NCBI GenBank assembly: GCA_011390645.1
Contig: JAABRY010000004.1
Span: forward strand, 1,608 to 65,607
DNA length: 64,000 bases
DNA from: Gemmatimonadota bacterium
GTDB lineage: Bacteria > Gemmatimonadota > Gemmatimonadetes > Gemmatimonadales > GWC2-71-9
Direction of reading: 5' to 3'
Shown one piece after another: positions 50,228-58,153 of this stretch. A program made the position numbers and the translations under genes. Every line of letters begins with the position of its first letter. Position 1 is the first letter of the stretch. The notes beneath the pieces were generated by a model. The model did not search any database. It was given only the letters and a program-made list of their open reading frames with translations, and was not told the DNA's origin.

Positions 50228-51928
50228 ATGAAGAAGCGATTGGGTGAGGCGTTGGTGCAATCGGGGCTGGCCTCCGCCGAAGAGGTCGAGGCCGCCGCGG
50301 CCGAGGCAACGGTCAGTCATCACCGCATCGGCGAGGTCCTGGTCGCCCGCGGTATCCTCGAGGAGCGCGACATCTATCGTGCGCTCGCCACCCTCTACGG
50401 ACTCGGTTACCAGAGCAGCGACCAACTGCTGACCCTCATCGACCCGGCACTCGCCCACGCCGTCCCGCAACGCTTCCAGCAGTTCTACCAAGTGCTGCCC
50501 GTGGCACGCGAAGGGGATGGCCTCCTCGTCGCCACCAGCGATCCACTCCTGGAGGTGCCGGAACTCGGCGCGGCCCTCGGGGCCCGTACCGTGCGTCGTG
50601 TGATGGTCACGCCGACCGACCTCCGTCGTCTCCGCATGGCGATCGAACTGCGCCAGACCGACGGTGCCGGGGCAGCGCCGCCTGTGCTCCGTCAAGCCGA
50701 TGACCTCCTTGCCGGCGATCCGGGTGCCACCGAATCTGCACAACAACTGCTGGACGTCTTGCTGCTCGATGCCGTGGCCGAGCGCGCCAGTGACATCCAC
50801 ATCGAGACCTACCGCGGGTTGACCCGCGTGCGCATCCGCGTGGATGGGGACATGCGCGACCTGTCGCACTATCAGCTCACCGAGATGCAGCGCCTCGGGC
50901 TCATCAACGTGATCAAGGTCCGGGCACGGCTCGACATCGCGGAGCACCGGCTGCCGCAGGGTGGTCGCTTCGTCACCCGCGCCGGCAAGCAGGTCTTCGA
51001 CATCCGCACCCAGACGCAGCCGTGCCTGCATGGCGAGCACGTCGTGATGCGGTTGCTCCCGCAGGACAACAAGATGGTCGGCATCAACGAGCTGGGATTC
51101 CCCCCCCCAATCGCCGCGATCTACCGCCGCCTGCTCGACTCACCCGGCGGGCTGGTGCTGGTGGTGGGACCGACCGGATCGGGCAAGTCCACCACGCTCT
51201 ATGCCGGTTTGCAGGTGCTCGCGGCCGACGCGTCGCGCAAGGTGATCACCGTCGAGGATCCCATCGAGTACGCCCTCGACGGCATCCAGCAAACCCAGGT
51301 GCGACCGGAGATCGGCTTCGAGTTCGCCAATGCGATGCGCGCGTTCGTGCGCGAGGATCCTGACGTGATTCTCGTCGGCGAGATCCGCGACGGCGAGACG
51401 GCGCTCGAGGCGCTGCGCGCCTCGCAGACGGGGCACCTCGTCCTCTCGACGCTGCACTGCAACGACACGGTCGATGCCGTCCAGCGCTTGAGCGACCTCG
51501 GCATGCATCCGAACTCGATCGGCAGCGAGTTGCTCGCGGTCTTCTCCCAACGCCTCGCACGACGGATCTGCGAGACGTGCCGCGCTCCGACCTATCCGCC
51601 CGGCGACCTCGCCGCCGAGGTGTTTCCGGATGGCATCCCCGAGACGATGCACTTCTTCAAGGGGGAGGGGTGCGACCACTGCCGCGGGAGTGGGTGCTAC
51701 GGCCGCATCGCGGTGATCGAGTACCTGCCGGCCTCACCGGCGCTGCGCCTCGCCATCTCGCGGCGTGCCGCGGTCGATGAACTGCGCGAGCACGGCCTCA
51801 AGGCCGGCTTGATGCCGTTGCGGGATCATGCGCTGGAGTTGGTGTCGGCGGGCATCATCCCGCTCGAGGAGTTGCGCGCGATGCTCCCGCCAGAACGACT
51901 GGCGCCGGAGCACCGCGCCGACAGTTAA
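50228..51928 (+). CDS. GspE/PilB-family secretion ATPase with MshEN-like N-terminal domain
   Basis: Walker A GPTGSGKST, Walker B DPDVILVGEIRD, His box TGHLVLSTLH and a tetracysteine CETC..CDHC. There are no other T2SS/T4P genes in the window. Confidence 0.85.
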   Translation: MKKRLGEALVQSGLASAEEVEAAAAEATVSHHRIGEVLVARGILEERDIYRALATLYGLGYQSSDQLLTLIDPALAHAVPQRFQQFYQVLPVAREGDGLLVATSDPLLEVPELGAALGARTVRRVMVTPTDLRRLRMAIELRQTDGAGAAPPVLRQADDLLAGDPGATESAQQLLDVLLLDAVAERASDIHIETYRGLTRVRIRVDGDMRDLSHYQLTEMQRLGLINVIKVRARLDIAEHRLPQGGRFVTRAGKQVFDIRTQTQPCLHGEHVVMRLLPQDNKMVGINELGFPPPIAAIYRRLLDSPGGLVLVVGPTGSGKSTTLYAGLQVLAADASRKVITVEDPIEYALDGIQQTQVRPEIGFEFANAMRAFVREDPDVILVGEIRDGETALEALRASQTGHLVLSTLHCNDTVDAVQRLSDLGMHPNSIGSELLAVFSQRLARRICETCRAPTYPPGDLAAEVFPDGIPETMHFFKGEGCDHCRGSGCYGRIAVIEYLPASPALRLAISRRAAVDELREHGLKAGLMPLRDHALELVSAGIIPLEELRAMLPPERLAPEHRADS

Positions 51929-52443
51929 TTCGGCGCGGTCCATTCGTACCGGAGCACCTCGACCCCTGAGGGCAAGGTCATCGGTGCTTCGAGGGTGAAG
52001 CGCAGGTGCTCGAGCAGGCGGATCGATCGGCTGTTGTCAGGATTCACGATGGCCGCAATGCGAGTGAGGTGGAGCGTCGACTGTGCGTAGGCCATGACGG
52101 CCTCGGTCGCCTCGCGGGCCAATCCCTGCCCGACGTGCTCCGGCAACAAGGCGTATCCGAGGTCGGGGCAGTCCAGCGTGTCGCGTTTGAGCAGGCCAAC
52201 CATCCCGATCGGGATGGCGGTGGCCGCGAGTCGCACGTGCCAGAGGGCATGGCCGTGGTGTGCCTGGCTCGCGATCGGTCCATCGCGGAGGTAGCCCTCC
52301 GCATCAGCCATGGTGCGGACCCCGCGATCGGCGATGTTGGTGATGAAGCTCGGCTCGTTGAGCAGGCGCAGGATGAACGGCGCGTCCTCCAGCCCGAAGG
52401 GCCGGATCGTGAGGCGGGCCGTGCTGCAGAGGGTCGTGGTCAC
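51925..52443 (-). CDS. GNAT-family N-acetyltransferase (RimJ/RimL-like)
   Basis: 172 aa with an acetyl-CoA-binding region (..EHVGQGLAREATEAVMAYA..). Confidence 0.8.
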   Translation of the reverse strand: MTTTLCSTARLTIRPFGLEDAPFILRLLNEPSFITNIADRGVRTMADAEGYLRDGPIASQAHHGHALWHVRLAATAIPIGMVGLLKRDTLDCPDLGYALLPEHVGQGLAREATEAVMAYAQSTLHLTRIAAIVNPDNSRSIRLLEHLRFTLEAPMTLPSGVEVLRYEWTAPN

Positions 52444-52549
52444 CGCTCAAGTATCATCACGCAGAATGGGGCATCAAAGGGCCGCTGCCCTTCCGGACTG
52501 GTGTGGTGTGCACCACCTTTGTCGTATCCCCTCGCCATTCGGAGTCGCC

Positions 52550-53827
52550 ATGTCTTCGCGCCGCGCGTTCGTCCAGTCCCTCGCCGGGATGGGGGCTACC
52601 CTGCCGATGTTCCGCCCCGATGCCATCCGCCGTGCAGTGCGCGCGACCGGTCGTCTCGATGGGGCGCCTGACGACGAGCGCTACTGGGGCGAGATCCAGC
52701 GTGCCTTCGACACTGATCGCACGATGGTCAACCTCAACAACGGTGGCGTCTGTCCGACACCGACGCACGTGCTTGACCAGATGATCGGTGACCTGCGCTT
52801 CAGCAACGAACTGCCGGTCCACCACATGTGGAACGTGCTGGAGCCGCGCATCGAGAGCGTGCGCCGTGAACTGGCCATCGACTTCGGCTGTGACCCCGAG
52901 GAAATGGCGATCACGCGCAATGCCTCGGAGGCACTCGAGACGCTGATCCTCGGACGCGATCTGCAGCCGGGTGACGAGGTGCTCGTCACCAACCAGAACT
53001 ATGGCCGAATGCTCACCACCTGGGATCAGCGCGTCCGACGCGACGGCATCGTGGTGAATGCGGTCTCCTTTCCCGTGCCGCCGCCGTCACAAGAGCATCT
53101 GGTGGAGGTCTTCCGCCGCGCGATCACGCCGCGCACGAAGATCCTCGAGGTCACCCACATCACCAATCTCACGGGGCAGATCTTCCCGGTGCGCGAGATC
53201 ACCGCGATGGCGGCGGAGCGGGGTGTCGAGGTCTTCGTGGACGGCGCGCACGCGTATGCCCACTTCCCCTTCACGCGCGACGAACTCGGCGTGGACTTCT
53301 ACGGCACGTCGCTGCACAAGTGGCTGCTCGCCCCGATCGGTACGGGCTTTCTCTACGTGCGGAAGTCCAGGATCCCCGGGCTCTGGCCACTGATGGCCGC
53401 GCCGGAGAAGATGAACGATAACATTCGGAAGTACGAGGAAATCGGCACCCACCCCGCCGCCAACCACAATGCGATCGCCGCGGCGTTGGCCTTCCATCGG
53501 AGTATCGGCGGCGAGCGGAAGATTGCGCGCCTGCGCTACCTGCGGGATCGCTGGGCGAAGCGACTCCTCGCGTTCAGCCCACGGGTGCGCGTGCTTACCC
53601 CGCTCGATTCACCGCATGCCGGTGCGATCGGCCTGATCAGCGTGGAAGGGTTGGAGCCGAGCAAGCTCACGCCGTGGTTGATGGAGAAACACCGCATTGT
53701 CACCGTCGCCATCAACCACAAGGAATTCTCGGGGCTGCGGATCACCCCGAACGTCTACACAACCGTCGAAGAGGTGGACCGCTTCGGTGACATGATCGAA
53801 CGGGCGGTCACGCAGGGGATTGGGTGA
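52550..53827 (+). CDS. class-V aminotransferase-fold PLP enzyme with Tat-like signal
   Basis: ATG 52550 gives MSSRRAFVQSLAG (twin-Arg). The PLP-lysine region is GTSLHKWLLAP. It resembles isopenicillin-N-epimerase/cysteine-desulfurase-like enzymes. Confidence 0.8.
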   Translation: MSSRRAFVQSLAGMGATLPMFRPDAIRRAVRATGRLDGAPDDERYWGEIQRAFDTDRTMVNLNNGGVCPTPTHVLDQMIGDLRFSNELPVHHMWNVLEPRIESVRRELAIDFGCDPEEMAITRNASEALETLILGRDLQPGDEVLVTNQNYGRMLTTWDQRVRRDGIVVNAVSFPVPPPSQEHLVEVFRRAITPRTKILEVTHITNLTGQIFPVREITAMAAERGVEVFVDGAHAYAHFPFTRDELGVDFYGTSLHKWLLAPIGTGFLYVRKSRIPGLWPLMAAPEKMNDNIRKYEEIGTHPAANHNAIAAALAFHRSIGGERKIARLRYLRDRWAKRLLAFSPRVRVLTPLDSPHAGAIGLISVEGLEPSKLTPWLMEKHRIVTVAINHKEFSGLRITPNVYTTVEEVDRFGDMIERAVTQGIG

Positions 53828-53871
53828 GGGGTGAGGGGTGAGGGGGAAACGGTGAACTGTGAACGGGTGAG
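53823..53871. repeat. (GGTGAGG)x3 + GGGAAAC/GGTGAAC/TGTGAAC/GGGTGAG heptamer array
   Basis: Seven consecutive 7-nt units starting within the stop codon region of the aminotransferase gene. It lies between convergent stops 53827 and 53912. Confidence 0.9.
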
Positions 53872-53911
53872 GGGGACTTCGGTGCCCGTGGCGCCAGCGA
53901 GGGTCGGGGGG

Positions 53912-54742
53912 TCAGACCCCGTGGGTGAATCCCTCGCGGAACGATGGGAACTGCGGCTCCCAGCCCGTGGCACGCAGGGCGGCATTTGACACCCGCTGGT
54001 TGGAGCGACTGAGGGGTGCGTCGTTGTCGAAGACCAGGGTTGCAGGGTCCTGCCCGCGTTCGGCCGCGCACCACCGGGCGACATCCGCGGCAAGGGCGGG
54101 GTTGCCATCGCTCACGTTCAGGGCGCGTGGCGCACCCTCATGGGAGAGCGTGTGCAGGATGGCCCCGACGATGTCCGTCTGGTGGGCGAGGTTGGTCCAG
54201 TACTGACCGCGACTGGGGAGCATCGCTGGATGCGCGTAGCGGCTCCTGGGGTCCCGCCCAGGGCCATAGATCCCGGCCACTCGTAGGACCGTGACCCCTC
54301 CGCGCTCGGACTGCAGCAGCGTGTCTTCTGCCTCGATCAATGCCTGATTGCCTGGCCCCGCGCCGCGCCGCGGGGTGGCCTCTTCCACCCACCCCCCGTC
54401 GTGCTCCCCGTACACCCCCGTGCTCGAGGTGTAGACCACCGCCTTCGCGCCCGAGGCAGCGGCGATGGCCAGTGCGGTGCGTGCCGCCGGCGGGTAGGTG
54501 TCCTCGTAGCTGTCGGCGCCGCTCGAGGGCGCGACCGAGAGGATGACGGCATCGAGCTGCGTGGGAAGCCCCGCCACCTCGCCGGTGGCGAGATCGCCGG
54601 CAAGCCAGGTGATCCCGTGTGCGGGTGGGGAAGGCCGGCGGCGCACCGCCCACACAGCGGTGCCGTGGCTGGAAAGCGTGCGGGCCACGGCGGTTCCGAC
54701 GTAGCCGGCACCGAGGATGGCAACTTGGCGAATCGGGCTCAT
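53912..54742 (-). CDS. NAD(P)-binding epimerase/dehydratase-family (SDR-like) protein
   Basis: N-terminal Rossmann motif ILGAGYVG. 276 aa. Confidence 0.75.
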   Translation of the reverse strand: MSPIRQVAILGAGYVGTAVARTLSSHGTAVWAVRRRPSPPAHGITWLAGDLATGEVAGLPTQLDAVILSVAPSSGADSYEDTYPPAARTALAIAAASGAKAVVYTSSTGVYGEHDGGWVEEATPRRGAGPGNQALIEAEDTLLQSERGGVTVLRVAGIYGPGRDPRSRYAHPAMLPSRGQYWTNLAHQTDIVGAILHTLSHEGAPRALNVSDGNPALAADVARWCAAERGQDPATLVFDNDAPLSRSNQRVSNAALRATGWEPQFPSFREGFTHGV

Positions 54743-54803
54743 CCTTGAAACTACCCCACTGGGGAGCGAAGGATCACCGTATCATCCCGGTTAAATTTGG
54801 GGG

Positions 54804-55421
54804 ATGAACACGTCCGATCCGCCGCCGTCTCTTGACGACCATGCCGCAGAGCGGTTCTTCGAGCTCTCGATCGACATGCTGACCTTCGCGGACTTCACTG
54901 GCTACTTCCGCCGGTTGAGCCCGTCGTGGGAGCGTACGCTGGGTTGGTCGATCGGGCAACTCACCTCTCGCCCGATGATCGAGTTCGTCCATCCGGATGA
55001 TCGTGAGCGCACCCGTGCCAAGAATCTGGAAGTGCGTGCTGGAGGCGCCGCGATCTCCTTCGAGAACCGGTACCTCTGTCAGGATGGCTCGTACAAGTGG
55101 TTCCTCTGGAATGCCGTGGCGGACGTGGAGCAGCAGGTGATCTACTCGATCGCGCATGACATCACGCATCGCAAGGCCGCAGAGGCGGAGCGTGAGCGGC
55201 TGGTGGGCGAGTTGCAGGCCGCCCTGGCCGAAGTGCGCCAGTTGCAGGAAATCCTGCCGATCTGCTCCTACTGCCGGAAGGTGCGCGATCCCGAGGACTT
55301 CTGGCATAGTGTCGAGGACTACATCGCCCACCACACCGACTCCCGCTTCAGTCACGGCATCTGCCCGGAGTGTTACACCACCACGGTCGAGCCGATGCTC
55401 AAGGATACCGAACGCACCTAG
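54804..55421 (+). CDS. PAS-domain protein with C-terminal Cys/His-rich module
   Basis: PAS core (..FVHPDDRERT..FENRYLCQDGSYKWFLWNA..IYSIAHDITHRK), a coiled coil, then LPICSYCRKVRD..FSHGICPEC. Confidence 0.75.
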   Translation: MNTSDPPPSLDDHAAERFFELSIDMLTFADFTGYFRRLSPSWERTLGWSIGQLTSRPMIEFVHPDDRERTRAKNLEVRAGGAAISFENRYLCQDGSYKWFLWNAVADVEQQVIYSIAHDITHRKAAEAERERLVGELQAALAEVRQLQEILPICSYCRKVRDPEDFWHSVEDYIAHHTDSRFSHGICPECYTTTVEPMLKDTERT

Positions 55422-56656
55422 TTCCGATTCGCCGCACTCGGTCCAGCGGTGGCACGCATCGCCCACGAGGCGGTGGCACCGTGGAGGACGATCGAGGCGA
55501 GCACGATGCCCGCCGCAATGGCCCAGAGTTGTCCGGCGATCGCTGGGGTGAAGTGGCCCGATTGCAGCCCGTGCGCCAGATAGTAGAAGCTGCCGATGCC
55601 ACGGATCCCGTAGGTCGCGATCACCGCACGATGGCGATTGGCCACGCCGGCCCCCGTGAGCGCGATCCACCCGCTGATCGGCCTGACCACAAGCAGGAAT
55701 CCCAGCCCCAGCAGCATCCCCGGCACACCCAGGGGGTCCAGTACGCCGTGGACCACCGCGACGCCAAGCCCCATCAGCAACACCGCCATGAGCAACTGCT
55801 CGAGTTGCTCACTGAATGCGTGCAGCGCGGGGTGCAGCTCATGCCCCATCTCGTGACGTCGAAAGGCGAGCGCCGCCACAAAGACGGCCAGAAAGCCGTA
55901 CCCGTGGACCAGCTCGGTGACACCATAGGTGAAGAGCGTCAGTGCCAGCGCGAGGAAGCCATCCGTCACCGGCTTCGGTCGTCCGAATCGAAGCACGACT
56001 ACGGCCACGACTCGTCCCACGGCGAGTCCGACCGCTGCACCCGCCAGCAGCTTCCAGAGCACATCGACCAGCGCCCACTCCACGAGCGCCTTCTCGGCGA
56101 GACCGTGGACCGCGAGGACGATCGCGAGATTCACGAAGGGAAACGCGAGGCTGTCGTTGAGGCCGGCTTCGCTGGTGAGGGCGAATTCCGGTTCGTGCTC
56201 AGCGCCCTCACCCGGCGGACCCACCTGGACATCCGACGCGAGGACGGGGTCGGTGGGGGCCATGGAGGCGGCCAGCAACAGCGCACCGGCCAGTGGCAGT
56301 CCCAACCACGCGACGCCACCCCAGGCGAGTGCGATGATGCACAGCGGCATCGTGATCGCCAACAGGCGCCATGTCGACGTCCAGCTCTTCCAGCCGAGCG
56401 GTCGATCGATCTTGAGCCCTGCAGACATCAGCGAAAGGATGACGGCCAACTCGGCGAGACGCTCGATGGTCGCCCCGTGGACGATCGGATCCACTCGCGT
56501 TTCCACTGGCCACGCGGTGCCGACCACCATCCCGGCGGCCACATAGAACATCGGCAGGGTCAGGGGCGCCTTGCTCAGCCATCGCGGCAGAATCGCCGCC
56601 GCGAGGAACGCGACGCCCAGGATGGTGAGGACGATGATGTACTCGGTGTGCGGCAT
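55418..56656 (-). CDS. cation:proton antiporter (CPA1 Na+/H+ exchanger family)
   Basis: 412 aa and polytopic, with ..SMAPTDPV.. and ..SEAGLNDS.. motifs typical of NhaP-type exchangers. Confidence 0.85.
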   Translation of the reverse strand: MPHTEYIIVLTILGVAFLAAAILPRWLSKAPLTLPMFYVAAGMVVGTAWPVETRVDPIVHGATIERLAELAVILSLMSAGLKIDRPLGWKSWTSTWRLLAITMPLCIIALAWGGVAWLGLPLAGALLLAASMAPTDPVLASDVQVGPPGEGAEHEPEFALTSEAGLNDSLAFPFVNLAIVLAVHGLAEKALVEWALVDVLWKLLAGAAVGLAVGRVVAVVVLRFGRPKPVTDGFLALALTLFTYGVTELVHGYGFLAVFVAALAFRRHEMGHELHPALHAFSEQLEQLLMAVLLMGLGVAVVHGVLDPLGVPGMLLGLGFLLVVRPISGWIALTGAGVANRHRAVIATYGIRGIGSFYYLAHGLQSGHFTPAIAGQLWAIAAGIVLASIVLHGATASWAMRATAGPSAANRN

Positions 56657-56690
56657 CGCTAGGTGTCACCCGCGACGCACGGGCCACCGA

Positions 56691-58022
56691 TCATTGCGCG
56701 CCCGCCGTCGGGTGCGTTGCCATGTAGTGCAGTGCCATCGCAGTGAAGGCCCGCACGCCAAGGTTCAGCCCGCTGTCATCCACGAAGAATTCCGGCGTGT
56801 GGTGCGACGGGGCGTCCTCCTTGGCCACGTTGGCGGGACGACCACCCAGTCCGATGTAGACGCTCGGCACCTTGGCCGCGATGAACGCGAAGTCCTCTGC
56901 GCCGGTCACCGGGCGTTGCGCATGAGCGCGGCCCGGCCCCGCCACCGCCTCGAGAATCGGAATCATCCGCGCCGTCAGGTCCGGGTCGTTGTAGGTCACC
57001 GGATACGCTGTGGTCACCGGGATCTGCACGGTGGCGGTGGCACCCATGCCTTCGGCGACCTTGGTGGCGATCTCCCGAACGCGACGATGGATCAGCTCGC
57101 GATCGCTCGGGCTGAGGGCGCGCAGGGTGCCGACCATCTCGACTTCCGCGGGGACGATATTGGAGCGGACGCCGCCGCGAATCATCCCGACGGTCACGAC
57201 CGCGGGATTGTCCAGCAACTTGATGTTGCGTGAGGTGATGGTCTGGAGCGCGGTGATGATATGCGCGGAGGCGACGATCGGATCCACGCCATCCCAGGGG
57301 TAGCCGCCGTGCGATTGCTTGCCGCGCACGGTGATCCGGAAGTCATCGGCGCTCGCATACACGCCACCGGAGGTGTAGAAGAGATTGTGCACCGCATCGT
57401 CCGCACCGATGTGGAGGGCGAAGGCCGCATCGACCGTCGGGTTGTCGAGGATTCCCTCGCGCACCATCATCTCTGCGCCGCCCTGCTCACCTTCCGGCGG
57501 GCCCTCCTCCGCGGGCTGGAAGACGAACTTGATCGTGCCCTGCAAGTCGTCGCGCATCGCCGCCATCGCACTGGCCACGCCCATCAGGATCGCCACGTGG
57601 GTGTCGTGGCCGCAGGCATGACTCACACCGACCTCCTGCCCGTTGAACATCGCGCGCGCGGTGGACTTGAACGGCAGGTCAGAGGACTCGGTGACCGGGA
57701 GCGCGTCCATGTCGGCGCGCAGCAGCACGACCGGCCCCGGCTTGCCGCCGCGGAGGATGCCCACCACCCCCGTATGCGCTACACCCGTCTGCACCTCGAT
57801 GCCAAGACTGCGCAGGTGGTCGGCGACGAGGTTGGCGGTACGATGTTCACGGTTGCTGAGTTCCGGGTGTTGATGGATGTCGCGCCGCCAGGCGATGATC
57901 TGCTGCTCCAGCTTCGCGATATGCGCTTCGGTCGCTGCTGGCAGGACGGGGCGTTGCGCGACGACGGGGGCGGTGACGAGGCCGACAAGCATGACGAGGC
58001 GGATGAACGGGCGCAGCGACAT
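56691..58022 (-). CDS. M20-family amidohydrolase (hippurate hydrolase-like), secreted
   Basis: Signal peptide, metal ligands (..HACGHDTH.., ..FQPAEEG..) and a dimerisation insert. Confidence 0.85.
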   Translation of the reverse strand: MSLRPFIRLVMLVGLVTAPVVAQRPVLPAATEAHIAKLEQQIIAWRRDIHQHPELSNREHRTANLVADHLRSLGIEVQTGVAHTGVVGILRGGKPGPVVLLRADMDALPVTESSDLPFKSTARAMFNGQEVGVSHACGHDTHVAILMGVASAMAAMRDDLQGTIKFVFQPAEEGPPEGEQGGAEMMVREGILDNPTVDAAFALHIGADDAVHNLFYTSGGVYASADDFRITVRGKQSHGGYPWDGVDPIVASAHIITALQTITSRNIKLLDNPAVVTVGMIRGGVRSNIVPAEVEMVGTLRALSPSDRELIHRRVREIATKVAEGMGATATVQIPVTTAYPVTYNDPDLTARMIPILEAVAGPGRAHAQRPVTGAEDFAFIAAKVPSVYIGLGGRPANVAKEDAPSHHTPEFFVDDSGLNLGVRAFTAMALHYMATHPTAGAQ

Positions 58023-58088
58023 CGGGACGCTCCGGGTGAGCTGGGCGAGGAGAGAGGTTGGCGAAAGGTATCCTCGCCATGAAACGGC

Positions 58089-58120
58089 GCGAGCCCCTGC
58101 CGGGAATGGCAGGGGCTCGC
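58089..58120 (-). terminator. GC-rich hairpin downstream of the nuclease gene
   Basis: GCGAGCCCCTGCC at 58089-58101 pairs perfectly (13 bp) with GGCAGGGGCTCGC at 58108-58120, with a 6-nt loop. On the minus strand it is followed by GCCGTTTCA, only a short T run. Confidence 0.5.
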
Positions 58121-58153
58121 GGTCGTCCCGATCTAGCGCAGGGCGGGGGCGGC

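Noticed and set aside
51925-51928. Palindromic TTAA shared by the convergent stops of the GspE-type ATPase and the GNAT gene. There is a similar 4-nt stop overlap at 55418-55421.
   Set aside because: This is a real feature but a trivial consequence of compact convergent genes. No structure or motif is associated with it.
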